Shown: positions 18,032 to 27,676 of the stretch, piece by piece
Layout: every line of letters begins with the position of its first letter
Position numbering within the stretch: the stretch's first letter is position 1
Source: a virus
Direction: 5' to 3' (one strand)
IMG/VR virus record: IMGVR_UViG_3300025304_000053
DNA length: 64,000 nt
The notes under the pieces: generated by a model
The model's database searches: none
Seen by the model: only the letters and a program-made list of their open reading frames with translations
What the model was told of the DNA's origin: nothing
Translations under genes and position numbers: made by a program

Positions 18032-18315
18032 CCGCCATCTACGACAAGACCGGCCGCGCCATCGCGGTCGGCGATGTGCTCAAGGTCTACCACTTCACTG
18101 CTGCCCTGCGCCGCAAGAAGCACTACATGTACAAGCAGGTGGCTATTGCCGATCGATTCCGCGATGGAACGCCCATCTTCCGTGTCCATCACCTTGATCT
18201 GACCGACGACTTCTACACGCTGATTTGCGACGGCAGCCATCTTGCCGACTATGAGATCGTCCAAAGCATCAAGTGTGACCATCAGGACAGGCCAAGGCAC
18301 ACTGCCGCGCCCTAG
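18028..18315 (+). CDS. Hypothetical protein
   Basis: ATGA coupled ORF. Confidence 0.6.
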   Translation: MTAIYDKTGRAIAVGDVLKVYHFTAALRRKKHYMYKQVAIADRFRDGTPIFRVHHLDLTDDFYTLICDGSHLADYEIVQSIKCDHQDRPRHTAAP

Positions 18316-18383
18316 CGCGCAGTTGGCCTTCGACACCACCACACCATAGCGCCACCACAGCGAAGACATAAGAGGAGACCACC

Positions 18384-19664
18384 ATGAGCGTGACAACGAT
18401 GCACGACGGCAGAGTCGTGCTGCATCAGGCTGACTGCCGCGACGTGCTGCGCAGCCTTGCCGACAATTCCATTCATGCGGTGGTGACGGATCCACCTTAT
18501 GCGCTCGTTTCCATCCAGAAGCGTTTCGGCAAGCCGGGCTCCGCCCCGGCCAAAGACGTTTACGGGCGCGGCGCAGCTGGCTTCATGGGAAAGCAGTGGG
18601 ACACCGGCGAGGTCGCGTTCAGCGAGGAGTTCTGGGCTGAGGTGCTGCGGGTACTCAAGCCCGGCGGCCATGTCGTGGCGTTCTCCGGCACGCGGACCTA
18701 TCACCGTATGGCTGTCGCGATCGAGGACGCTGGCTTCGAAATCCGCGACCAGTTGGGCTGGGTCTACGGGTCGGGGTTTCCGAAGTCGCACAACCAGCAC
18801 GGCGAGTGGGAGGGCTGGGGCACTGCCCTAAAGCCAGCGTGGGAACCGATTGCCCTGGCGCGGAAGCCGCTCGCCGGTACCGTTGCCGTGAACCTCGCCG
18901 AGTGGGGTGTTGGTGCTATCAACGTTGATGGTTGCCGGGTTGGGGATGAGGAGCGGTTCAATCCATCCGCCAGCCGCAACGAGATCTACGGGCAGTTCAA
19001 GGGTGCAGAGGATGGCGGTCGGACCGCCATCGGCCGCTGGCCAGCCAACATAGTCCACGACGGAAGCGACGAGGTGTTGGCGGCGTTTCCTGATGCGCCG
19101 GGGCAGCAGCGTGCCGTTGGTCCGGAACACGGAGAGAAGGAAAGCCGCGGCATTTATGGCGACTTCGGCGCGCGTGAGCATTTTGCACCACGCATCGAGC
19201 TCGACAAGTCAGCCGCCCGCTTCTTCTACTGCGCCAAGGCCAGCCGTGCTGACCGGGATGCTGGTCTCGACCATCTGCCGAAAGGCAACAACATGCGTGT
19301 CAATGGTCCCCGCGAAAGTGAGGAAGCCAAACACGCTACATTGCGCGCCAACACCCACCCGACTGTCAAGCCGACCACTCTCATGCAGTGGCTCTGCCGC
19401 CTCGTCACGCCACCGGGCGGCGTCATCTTGGATCCTTTCATGGGTAGCGGCTCGACAGGCAAAGCAGCCGTGCTTGAGGGCTTCCAGTTCATCGGGTGCG
19501 AGCGCGAAGACGAATACATGCCGATCGCCACGGCGCGGATTGCGTGGGCCATCGGGCATATGGACAAGGAGCCAGTTGTCGCGCCAGCGCAACCTGTCGC
19601 AGCCAATGATAATTCACCAGCCGGTGACCTATTCACCACCCGCGCCGCCACGGTGGCAGCATGA
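18384..19664 (+). CDS. DNA N6-adenine/N4-cytosine methyltransferase (beta class)
   Basis: DPPY motif IV before DPFMGSGSTG motif I; HPTVKP. Confidence 0.9.
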   Translation: MSVTTMHDGRVVLHQADCRDVLRSLADNSIHAVVTDPPYALVSIQKRFGKPGSAPAKDVYGRGAAGFMGKQWDTGEVAFSEEFWAEVLRVLKPGGHVVAFSGTRTYHRMAVAIEDAGFEIRDQLGWVYGSGFPKSHNQHGEWEGWGTALKPAWEPIALARKPLAGTVAVNLAEWGVGAINVDGCRVGDEERFNPSASRNEIYGQFKGAEDGGRTAIGRWPANIVHDGSDEVLAAFPDAPGQQRAVGPEHGEKESRGIYGDFGAREHFAPRIELDKSAARFFYCAKASRADRDAGLDHLPKGNNMRVNGPRESEEAKHATLRANTHPTVKPTTLMQWLCRLVTPPGGVILDPFMGSGSTGKAAVLEGFQFIGCEREDEYMPIATARIAWAIGHMDKEPVVAPAQPVAANDNSPAGDLFTTRAATVAA

Positions 19665-20047
19665 CCGCCATCCCATCCCGCCCCATCCTACCGATCACAC
19701 CCACCTGCGACGACGCAGGCACACCCACCACCTGCATGGCCTGCGGCCGGATTGCATTGGGCATCGGTCGCGCCATCACCAGGGGCGGCAAGATGATCGA
19801 TCCGGGGTTCCTTTGCCGCCAGTGCGTCGTGGCGGTTTCGGATCTGTCAAAGATGGATAGGCTTTCCGTGTTTGAACTCAAGGCATTGGATGCCGGTGTT
19901 GATGCAGTAGGTGAATGGATCGCCGACAACGGCGGCGTGACAGATCTGGCGCATTACGACGAGCTCATGCAGCGCATGCTGGTGAAGGCGGCGTGGGAGG
20001 GGTGCATTCATGGGGTGAGGGAGGCTTTGAAAAGTGCGCCATTCTGA
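19661..20047 (+). CDS. Hypothetical Cys-containing protein
   Basis: CMAC...C..C; coupled. Confidence 0.6.
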   Translation: MTAIPSRPILPITPTCDDAGTPTTCMACGRIALGIGRAITRGGKMIDPGFLCRQCVVAVSDLSKMDRLSVFELKALDAGVDAVGEWIADNGGVTDLAHYDELMQRMLVKAAWEGCIHGVREALKSAPF

Positions 20048-21281
20048 AGCAGCAAACGACAATCACGCCATCCGCGTCCTCGACCTTTTCAGCGCCGCGG
20101 CTGGTGGCTGGTCCCTCGGTATGCACCGCGCCGGCTATCGCACCATTGCGGCATGCGAGGTGATCGACTGGCGCCGCGCGCTCTATTCCGAAAACAACCC
20201 GGGAGTTCTTGTTTATGACGATGTCACCACCCTCACAGCAGACCGACTTATTCGGGACGGTGTTGGACTTCCAGACATCATCGTCGGCAGCCCGCCGTGC
20301 CAGGACATCAGCAGCGCCAACACAAAAGGCAAAGGTGTCGACGGAGAGCGATCCGGTCTCTACTTCGAAGCCATCCGTCTCATCGACGAATGCAGACCTC
20401 GTTGGTTCGCTCTTGAAAATAGCGCTAATCTCCGAACTCGAGGCGCAGACCGGGTCATCAATGCGCTGGCGGCAATCGGCTACACCTGCTGGCCATTCGT
20501 GGTTAGTGCTGGAGACGTCGGCGCCAACCACGAGCGAAAGCGAAGCTGGCTTATCGGGTTCAATCTTTCACACGCCGACGACGCAGGCAAATTTCGCAGC
20601 GCCAAGTATGCAGAAGTGGGAGTCGTGCCAGCCATGGAACGTGATGCTGGCCACGCCACGCAAGACAGATGCGGACAGGGGTGGGCGCGGGGATATCCTG
20701 TCGCAACTGAGGGGCTATCCGTCGAAGCATGCGGGGATGCCGACTCCGAGGAAATCGGATGCGCACCATGGTCCGGAGATCAGCAAGGCGCTGGCCAACA
20801 ACACGACAGGCGTGTCTCTGGTAACGACAAAGGCGATGGGCGAGCGGCAATTGCTGCCGACGCCAGTGAAGCGGGACGCGGGCCGTGGGCGGGCGGGGTC
20901 GGATGCATGGAAGCATCCACGGGGTCGACCACTGGGGGAACACATGCACCAAGCGATGCACGAATTGGAGACGGGTACCATGGACGCCAATATGCACAAA
21001 TGGGCGGGAGCGAGAGCCCTAGCCAGCCTGTTGCAGAGCCATGGGCTGACTGGAACAGCGGCCTTGCCTATCACTTACGGGTGGATGATGGGTTATCCGG
21101 CTGGGTGGCTCAGTCGCGCATTGCAGTCGGCGGTCCAAAAGGGACTGTTGCGGCAAGCCTCATCGTCGAGGCGTTTGGTGACGCCGTCTGCCCGCAAATC
21201 CCAGAAGCCATCGGGCGAGCCATCTTGAGGGTGGAACGGGCGCTTGCGGCGGTCACAGAGCCTGCCCGCCGCGCCGCTTAG
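20034..21281 (+). CDS. C5-cytosine DNA methyltransferase, alpha-like polypeptide
   Basis: Motif I LDLFS..GG, IV PPCQD, VI LENS, VIII HERKR, X FGDAV. Confidence 0.85.
   Translation: MRHSEAANDNHAIRVLDLFSAAAGGWSLGMHRAGYRTIAACEVIDWRRALYSENNPGVLVYDDVTTLTADRLIRDGVGLPDIIVGSPPCQDISSANTKGKGVDGERSGLYFEAIRLIDECRPRWFALENSANLRTRGADRVINALAAIGYTCWPFVVSAGDVGANHERKRSWLIGFNLSHADDAGKFRSAKYAEVGVVPAMERDAGHATQDRCGQGWARGYPVATEGLSVEACGDADSEEIGCAPWSGDQQGAGQQHDRRVSGNDKGDGRAAIAADASEAGRGPWAGGVGCMEASTGSTTGGTHAPSDARIGDGYHGRQYAQMGGSESPSQPVAEPWADWNSGLAYHLRVDDGLSGWVAQSRIAVGGPKGTVAASLIVEAFGDAVCPQIPEAIGRAILRVERALAAVTEPARRAA
20215..21228 (+). CDS. Overlapping out-of-frame ORF, putative beta polypeptide of the C5 methyltransferase
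   Basis: >330-codon open frame inside the MTase gene, own GGGAG SD at 20201, (L/M)(A/P)TP..xD repeats, motif-IX-like GWMMGYPAGW. Confidence 0.6.
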   Translation: MTMSPPSQQTDLFGTVLDFQTSSSAARRARTSAAPTQKAKVSTESDPVSTSKPSVSSTNADLVGSLLKIALISELEAQTGSSMRWRQSATPAGHSWLVLETSAPTTSESEAGLSGSIFHTPTTQANFAAPSMQKWESCQPWNVMLATPRKTDADRGGRGDILSQLRGYPSKHAGMPTPRKSDAHHGPEISKALANNTTGVSLVTTKAMGERQLLPTPVKRDAGRGRAGSDAWKHPRGRPLGEHMHQAMHELETGTMDANMHKWAGARALASLLQSHGLTGTAALPITYGWMMGYPAGWLSRALQSAVQKGLLRQASSSRRLVTPSARKSQKPSGEPS

Positions 21282-21502
21282 GCCGAAAACGCGCTTTCAG
21301 TACCCTTCTTCGCCAATGCTTCCGCGAATGCTTCAGCGCGTTCGCGACAGTTGAACGACCACTCGTCCTTCTGGCCAAGCTCGTTGACGAACTGAACATT
21401 AAAGCCCTTCGCGCGCCGGGAATAGAATGCGCGATCCATCATGGCTGCGATCTCCGACGAGAGGTTGTCGCGGTTCGGCTTATAGGCGCTGTCGAAAGTC
21501 AT
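21278..21502 (-). CDS. Small hypothetical protein, opposite strand
   Basis: Minus-strand leader CACCAACCAAGGAGCACCACGATG; TTGACA at 21553-21558 (minus). Confidence 0.65.
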   Translation of the reverse strand: MTFDSAYKPNRDNLSSEIAAMMDRAFYSRRAKGFNVQFVNELGQKDEWSFNCRERAEAFAEALAKKGTESAFSA

Positions 21503-21558
21503 CGTGGTGCTCCTTGGTTGGTGACATCATTTGTAAAACATCCGCGCATGTCTGTCAA

Positions 21559-21574
21559 TTGACAAATTTGTCAA
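21559..21574. promoter_or_regulatory. Operator A, perfect palindrome
   Basis: TTGACAAATTTGTCAA between divergent genes. Confidence 0.8.
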
Positions 21575-21594
21575 AATTGTAATGAGGAAATGGA

Positions 21595-22140
21595 ATGCAA
21601 TATACGATTAAGGCTATCCCGACGACCTACGCAGGCGTCAATTTCAGATCCCGGCTGGAGGCTAGATGGGGAGCATTCTTTGATTTGGCCGGCATCAAGT
21701 GGGACTATGAGCCTTTTGATCTGGACGGGTGGGCGCCGGATTTTCTGCTCCGCTCCAACGGTGATGACATTTTGGTCGAGGTGAAGCCGGTTAACTTCGA
21801 TGATCCAACAAATGCATTCAGTAAAGCATATGCTCATAATGGTAGCCACATCATTCTTTTGCTTGGCGTTAGGCCCTATTGCGACGATTTGATTGGCCCT
21901 ATTATTGTGAAGCACGAAGCAATGAGACTAGATAGATCGGCAGTATACGTTAACGGCAACGAACTGTTATGGCGCCAGGCCGGCAACGTCATTCAATGGC
22001 AGGCAGTTGCACAAGAGCAAAGTTCTTCGTTCGATGATCGTCCCAGATTTCATCTTCAGTGGAGCGAAAACCAGCTAGCAATTTGCAGTCGCATCCGTGA
22101 AGCAGCCTCAAAGCGCGAAATAGCAAGGAAGGCAGCATGA
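21595..22140 (+). CDS. PD-(D/E)XK-like nuclease
   Basis: FRSRLEARW, YEP, PDF, VEVKP. Confidence 0.7.
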   Translation: MQYTIKAIPTTYAGVNFRSRLEARWGAFFDLAGIKWDYEPFDLDGWAPDFLLRSNGDDILVEVKPVNFDDPTNAFSKAYAHNGSHIILLLGVRPYCDDLIGPIIVKHEAMRLDRSAVYVNGNELLWRQAGNVIQWQAVAQEQSSSFDDRPRFHLQWSENQLAICSRIREAASKREIARKAA

Positions 22141-24467
22141 CAAAATCCCCCAAAGCACTGGCGCTTTCCTACATCGCCAACGCCGTGCCCGTATTACCCT
22201 GCCGCGCCGCAGATGAGGCAACTGGCACATATGACGAACAGGGCGCCGAGATCGTCCTGAAGGCGAAAACCCCACTCGTGAGCAACGGGTTTAAAGGAGC
22301 ATCCAAAAACCTGCGTGTGACCGGCATCCTGTGGGACCGCAACCCGACGGCTATGGTTGGCATCCCCACCGGCGAACAGCTTGGCGCTTGGGTGCTCGAT
22401 GTGGACATGCATAAGGATGATGACGGCAAGGTCATCAATGGGTACGAGGCCCTTGCTGCCCTTGAGGCGAAGCACGGCGACCTCCCACCAACCGCTACGG
22501 CCAAGACTGCCGGCGGAGGCGAACACCGATATTTCAAGTATGTGCCAGGTGTTAGAAACCGTGGCAAACTTGGACTCGGTCTCGATGTCCGCGGAAGCGG
22601 CGGATACGTAATTGCACCCGGCAGCGTGACCGCAGAGGGCAAGGAGTATGTCTGGCTCGACTACGACGGGGAGGGCATCCCGCCGGTAGCCGATGCGCCC
22701 GAATGGCTTCTGGAACTAGTGTTGCCGGCCAAGCCAGCCGCGACCACCCATACCGATTACGTCCACAGGAGTGGCGAGAACCTCGCTTATGTGGAGCGCG
22801 CTGTGGAAGCGGAGCTTAATCTCCTCGCTACCACTACGCAGGGCGGCCGAGGCGAACAAGTCAACAAGTCAGCCTTTTGCCTTGGCACTTTTGTTGGGGC
22901 TGGCGCGCTATCCCGATCGGAAGCGGAAATCGGTCTGTTCGATGCGGCCTATGCCAATGGCGTGGTTGCCAAGGATGGGGAGCGTGAGATCCGCGCCAAG
23001 ATCAAGCGCGGCCTTGATGCAGGAACGAAGCAGCCAAGGGCGATTCCGGAGGCGTCATTCATGGACGATACGCCGTCGATCGACACCAGCCGCATGGTCG
23101 CTAACACAATCGCCAAGCGCGCAGCAACCGTCGAGCCAGCCCCAGCCGTCGCACAGGACGATGACGAAATCCCGGAATACAAGCTCGAGGCTGTGGCCGA
23201 TCTAGAAAGCCTGACCTATCCTGGCGGACTAGTAGAGGAGCTTATAGACTGGATCGTCTCCAGCGCGGAACAACCGTCTCGGGCTCTCGCGCTTGCCGCT
23301 GTGCTCCCTCTCGTCGGGGCGCTGTGCGGCCCACGATATTCCACGGGAAGCAAGGATACGCGCCCTAACATCTATACCGTGGCCTTGGCGGAATCCGGTT
23401 TCGGCAAGGAGCACGCCCGCACGCAGATCAAGCGGCTGCTTATGTCGGACCATGGCATATTCGACAAATACAGCGGCCCGGCCCGCATCATGTCTGCTTC
23501 GGCCTTGCGCGAGGTGCTCGAGACAAACCAGTCGGTCAATTGCCAGATCGACGAGTTTGGCGGCTTCGTCCGCGAAATCACGGATCGGAAGGCCGGCACG
23601 CATCAGCGGGCGATTTCCACCGACCTTCGCGACTACTATTCGGCGAGCTCGACGTTCTTCGAAGGGGCCGCCTACCGCGGTAGCCCGCCCAAGCGGATTT
23701 ACAATCCAAACCTGTGCATCCATGGGACGTCCACTCCAGAGCAGTTCTGGTCGGCCCTGTCATCGGCCAGTGCGGAGGACGGCCTACTGCCTCGCCTCAT
23801 CCTGTTCCACGTCACCGGCAAGAAACCGGCCACTGTGACGCCACAGGTGGACATACGGCGCGTTCCTCACATTCTGCTGTCCCGCATGGCAGATGTTGCA
23901 GGAATCGACGTGGCGGCCAAGCGTGGAAATCTGGGCAAGATTGGATATGCGGTTGATACATCATCGAAGGAGGTGAAGCCTTACGAGGTGCCATGGACAC
24001 CCGACGCGGTCGGCATCCTGCGCGCGGTCAAGGATACAATCGAGGAGCAAGAGAGGGCAGTTGCGGCAGACGCGCAGCCATTCGTCCGGCGCATTGTCGA
24101 GAACTCGATCAAGCTCGCCCTTATCGTTGCCGTCGGTACCGATCCAAAGGAGCCGGTAATAACAGAGGCCATCTTCGAATGGGCGGCCGGCGTCGCTTGG
24201 ACCTGTGCAGCTTCAATGCTAGCCGAGGTCGGGGAACGACTTGCGGACAACCAGCGCGAGGCGAACTATAAAAAAATCCAGGGCCTCATAAAGAAGGCTG
24301 GCTCGAAAGGCATCACTGAAGGGCGCTTGGCTGACCGATGCAAGGCGATTGACGGGTGGCAGCGAAAGGAGATTCTGGACGACCTTTCGAAGACAGGGCA
24401 GGTTGATCTGGTGGCTAACGATAACTCAAAAGGTCGCCCGTCAAGGCGCCTCGTTTGGGTCGCATGA
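22137..24467 (+). CDS. Bifunctional primase/polymerase (Prim-Pol) fused to helicase-like (DUF3987-type) domain
   Basis: VLDVD, TAGGGEHRYF, DVRGSGGYVIAPGS; C-terminal GFGKE and DEFG. Confidence 0.88.
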   Translation: MTKSPKALALSYIANAVPVLPCRAADEATGTYDEQGAEIVLKAKTPLVSNGFKGASKNLRVTGILWDRNPTAMVGIPTGEQLGAWVLDVDMHKDDDGKVINGYEALAALEAKHGDLPPTATAKTAGGGEHRYFKYVPGVRNRGKLGLGLDVRGSGGYVIAPGSVTAEGKEYVWLDYDGEGIPPVADAPEWLLELVLPAKPAATTHTDYVHRSGENLAYVERAVEAELNLLATTTQGGRGEQVNKSAFCLGTFVGAGALSRSEAEIGLFDAAYANGVVAKDGEREIRAKIKRGLDAGTKQPRAIPEASFMDDTPSIDTSRMVANTIAKRAATVEPAPAVAQDDDEIPEYKLEAVADLESLTYPGGLVEELIDWIVSSAEQPSRALALAAVLPLVGALCGPRYSTGSKDTRPNIYTVALAESGFGKEHARTQIKRLLMSDHGIFDKYSGPARIMSASALREVLETNQSVNCQIDEFGGFVREITDRKAGTHQRAISTDLRDYYSASSTFFEGAAYRGSPPKRIYNPNLCIHGTSTPEQFWSALSSASAEDGLLPRLILFHVTGKKPATVTPQVDIRRVPHILLSRMADVAGIDVAAKRGNLGKIGYAVDTSSKEVKPYEVPWTPDAVGILRAVKDTIEEQERAVAADAQPFVRRIVENSIKLALIVAVGTDPKEPVITEAIFEWAAGVAWTCAASMLAEVGERLADNQREANYKKIQGLIKKAGSKGITEGRLADRCKAIDGWQRKEILDDLSKTGQVDLVANDNSKGRPSRRLVWVA

Positions 24468-24490
24468 AAAGGTGCCGAAAGGCACCTTTT
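24467..24490. terminator. Perfect 10-bp hairpin with GAAA loop
   Basis: AAAAGGTGCC-GAAA-GGCACCTTTT immediately after the primase stop. Confidence 0.7.
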
Positions 24491-24720
24491 CATTCATCCA
24501 AGAATGCCATCCAACGAAGACTTTCATCCATGGACGAAACTATTTGTCCATTCTTTCGTCCGACTTTTATCCAACAGCGAAATTGACGAAAGTCATTCCT
24601 AAAAGCTCAATGAAATCAATGGACTATATACTATATATATAATAAAATCCATTTAATCCATAACGTTATATAAGTAGTCTATTTTCTCTCTTTTTCTTAT
24701 TCTGTGTAGAATATAGGGGG
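24491..24720. other. Putative replication origin
   Basis: Six ATCCA-containing repeats followed by a very AT-rich tract, directly downstream of the primase gene. Confidence 0.5.
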
Positions 24721-24778
24721 AGAATGGATAAAGCCTCCTCCGCCCACCACCAAACCACCCACCACCAAGGAGACCAGC

Positions 24779-25321
24779 ATGGCCCGCAAGACCACCCAGA
24801 CCACCCGCATCGCCGGAAAGAAAGTCCGCCTCGTCACCGCCGCGAATGGAAATATCACAATCAAGGATGCGCCGGTCGAAGAATGGATCCTCCAGGCGGC
24901 TGCGGTCCGCGCTATGCGCGCCATGCCGGAATATGCCGACACTGTGGAGACGGTCATAAAGAACACCGCGGCAGGTCGGCGGAGCTTCACCATAGCCGGA
25001 GACATGAACGGCGACTATCGCAGCCAACGCGCCGCGGTGAAGGCCAAGGCCACTGGCATCGCTGCCGGCGATCCTGACCTGCGCATCTACCTCCCTAACG
25101 GCCGGCTGCGGACGATCGAATACAAGAACGCGGAAGGCACGTTTACGGCCAGCCAGAAAATCCGCCACCCGCTGCTCGGCGCTCTGGGGCATCCGGTGGT
25201 GACTGTGAAGATCGCCACGGAGGAAGAGGCGGCGACAAGGACGCTGGAGCTGGTGCGTGGTTGGCTGGCGGAAGTGGCGGCAAATGACAATTCGCAAAAA
25301 TACAGTTTGACAAATTTGTAG
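24779..25321 (+). CDS. VRR-NUC-like nuclease
   Basis: G...GDPDL, IEYK, SQKIRH motifs. Confidence 0.75.
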   Translation: MARKTTQTTRIAGKKVRLVTAANGNITIKDAPVEEWILQAAAVRAMRAMPEYADTVETVIKNTAAGRRSFTIAGDMNGDYRSQRAAVKAKATGIAAGDPDLRIYLPNGRLRTIEYKNAEGTFTASQKIRHPLLGALGHPVVTVKIATEEEAATRTLELVRGWLAEVAANDNSQKYSLTNL

Positions 25322-25322
25322 A
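25307..25322 (+). promoter_or_regulatory. Operator A copy
   Basis: TTGACAAATTTGTAGA. Confidence 0.7.
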
Positions 25323-25370
25323 GTTTGTTAAAACGGATGCACCAACAACGAAGCACCACAGGAGATCTAC

Positions 25371-25517
25371 ATGACCTACTTCATCACCGCACTGACCAAC
25401 AACACTGCCCGCCTGATCGTCAGCGAAACACGCACGACGGACAAGACGGTCGCCGACATGGTCGCGGCTCACCTTGAAGCGCAGGGTCATATCGTCGTTC
25501 GCCGCGAGGAAGCATAA
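25371..25517 (+). CDS. Small hypothetical protein (48 aa)
   Basis: Hand-translated MTYFITALTNN...; CACCACAGGAG RBS. Confidence 0.55.
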   Translation: MTYFITALTNNTARLIVSETRTTDKTVADMVAAHLEAQGHIVVRREEA

Positions 25518-25617
25518 TCGGAGAGCAGATGAGGACACCAACCCCAAGAAGACCCTAAGCCCTACGACCCCACAACAAGACCACCAAGAAGGCCGCACTC
25601 CCAGCGGCCTTTATTTT

Positions 25618-25633
25618 TTGACAAATTTGTTAA
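25618..25633 (+). promoter_or_regulatory. Operator A copy after terminator-like hairpin 25591-25609
   Basis: TTGACAAATTTGTTAA. Confidence 0.7.
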
Positions 25634-25704
25634 ATCATGGCGCCGGTATTATATATCCTGCATCACCACCACGCGCACCATCCACCACGATGCAGGAGGC
25701 CAAT

Positions 25705-26286
25705 GTGGCAATAGCGCCAGCTATGACACACGATAAGACAGCGCCAAAAAATGGGATGCTGTCATTCCAATCACTCAATGCAGAGCAAACCTACTCTGAT
25801 GGGAAATACACCAGCGGATATGATAGTGCCGTCAATCAACGATGGATAATCGGCGACGGAAATGTGGAAGCTGCCTCAGAAAGAATGCTTCGAGGTGTAT
25901 GGCTAAAAACAATGCAGCTAAGGCAAGGATCAGACGAAATACACGATGCTGTATATGTCGTTGGAACCTTGAGACCACTTTCGATAAAAGTTGGCATGGC
26001 GACCGATCCATTGGCAAGGCTTGCACAACTGCAGACTGGCAACCCAGAAAAACTATACCTTCACAGGGTGTATTGGACCTTGAGGCCAGATGCGGCAAGG
26101 AGGCTTGAGGCTACTGCCCACTCTTTCCTTGACAAGAAAGCTAAGAGACTCGTTGGAGAATGGTTTGATTGCTCAACGACCTCAGCACATGAGACAATCA
26201 TAAAGGCATGCAGATCTCTTGTGTTGGGCTTCATTGCCGTAACTCCACATCATATATCGGAGGTAAAAGTTGAGAAGATCATCTAG
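25705..26286 (+). CDS. GIY-YIG family nuclease (T5orf172/MUG113-like)
   Basis: VYVVG...IKVGMATDPLARLAQLQTGNP...LE...H...GEWF; lower GC. Confidence 0.8.
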   Translation: MAIAPAMTHDKTAPKNGMLSFQSLNAEQTYSDGKYTSGYDSAVNQRWIIGDGNVEAASERMLRGVWLKTMQLRQGSDEIHDAVYVVGTLRPLSIKVGMATDPLARLAQLQTGNPEKLYLHRVYWTLRPDAARRLEATAHSFLDKKAKRLVGEWFDCSTTSAHETIIKACRSLVLGFIAVTPHHISEVKVEKII

Positions 26287-27010
26287 CCACCAGCGCGCAC
26301 TTTCCGGCGACGGCTCGAACCTCCCCACCAAAACATTCTACGAGGACCACGAGCGGGAAGCTGTGCACATCCAGAAGTCCCGCCTTGCCATCAGGGCGAG
26401 TAAGGGCAGGGACTGGGATCGCGTCGCGGCAAACGACAATATCGCATGGCCGCTGGCGACTGCGCTTGTCAAAGAGAAGAACACCGAGCTTCTCAAGTAT
26501 GCCATGATGTACCGCAAGGTGCACGACACCGCCAAGAACGGAGCGATGCTAGGTGGATCGTCTGTACGGCTTGGCGAGGGTGTTGCTATCGACCGCCATA
26601 GCGTCATTCGTGACAACGGCTCTATCGCCTATCGCCGTGTTCGCCAGTCAACGGCGGCCAACGTAGATATCCCGGCGCGTCGACGGTTCGATGCCAGCAC
26701 AGCAGACGACAGCGATGTGGCGGAGAAGAACTGGTCGAATATCCCAAAGCCGTGGAACGGTGACAGACCGGTCAACGACAGGCTGGATGCGGAGCGCCAG
26801 CTTTCCAGGCTTCGTTCATGCCTCGGCCACCTCTGCGAACCGTTCGAGCTCGCATGTATCGACGGAGCAACACTTGAGGCGGTAGGTAACGCGGTAGGCA
26901 TCGCCAATCGAGCTGGAGCAATGGGCGCAGGTCGGGCGCTGGTGCACACGGCCCTGGTGACGCTGAGAGACATGATGGGCGAAATACGCAGGGAAGACCT
27001 TGCCACCTAA
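26270..27010 (+). CDS. Putative late-gene transcriptional regulator/antiterminator
   Basis: Position before the late leader; C-terminal HTH-like region (IDGATLEAVG...). Confidence 0.5.
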   Translation: MRRSSSHQRALSGDGSNLPTKTFYEDHEREAVHIQKSRLAIRASKGRDWDRVAANDNIAWPLATALVKEKNTELLKYAMMYRKVHDTAKNGAMLGGSSVRLGEGVAIDRHSVIRDNGSIAYRRVRQSTAANVDIPARRRFDASTADDSDVAEKNWSNIPKPWNGDRPVNDRLDAERQLSRLRSCLGHLCEPFELACIDGATLEAVGNAVGIANRAGAMGAGRALVHTALVTLRDMMGEIRREDLAT

Positions 27011-27280
27011 GTTATAACCTGACTGGCGCGAAAGTGACTAGGGATGGGAAGCAACAACATCGCTTCCATCTCTTTCACAGTTCGATGCGCCGATACCATT
27101 CAAGGCGATCGACCCGGCCTCGTGCCGGGTAACTATCTGCGGAGCCGGCATTGTAAACCGGCTTTCGTCATGCGGGACCGGCTTTGAATTCGTAAGCCCG
27201 GATAACCAAAGGCGCACCGTATGGGCGCCGCCTGCATCCATATTGCCTGGCGCCGCCTCCTCTCGGCGACGGGCAGTCCT

Positions 27281-27325
27281 GCCGCTGGTTGTAGCATCTA
27301 CGGTGCTCCCAGCGGCTTTCGTTTT
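27281..27325 (+). terminator. Intrinsic terminator in late leader
   Basis: GCCGCTGG/CCAGCGGC stem with inner AGCAT/GTGCT, followed by TTTCGTTTT. Confidence 0.6.
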
Positions 27326-27337
27326 CACGGTGACACC

Positions 27338-27631
27338 ATGAACAAGGCGCCATGGCATCGCCTATACCAGACGGCCGCATGGAAGAGGCTTCGCAACCAT
27401 CAGCTAAGTGTGCAGCCACTGTGCGAGTTCTGCTTGATCACGGAAGAGGTGACGGCAGCAACGGTAGTCGACCATCGCAAAGCACATAAGGGCGATGTCG
27501 GGTTATTCCATGATCCAAGCAACCTTCAATCACTGTGTAAGCATCATCATGATAGCGCAAAGCAGATGATGGATAATGGGCGCAAGGTTGCAGTCATTGG
27601 CGTCGATGGATATCCGATTGAACTTGGATAG
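27338..27631 (+). CDS. Packaging-associated HNH endonuclease (HK97 gp74-like)
   Basis: PLCEFC, VVDH, NLQSLCKHHHD. Confidence 0.88.
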   Translation: MNKAPWHRLYQTAAWKRLRNHQLSVQPLCEFCLITEEVTAATVVDHRKAHKGDVGLFHDPSNLQSLCKHHHDSAKQMMDNGRKVAVIGVDGYPIELG

Positions 27632-27676
27632 ACCGAAACAAATCGAAAATATATTGAAAAATATTTCATTTTGCTG

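Noticed and set aside
27143-27163. TTGTAAA loop resembling a tRNA-Tyr anticodon arm
   Set aside because: The stem is offset by two bases, and no D-arm, TTCGA T-arm or acceptor stem can be built
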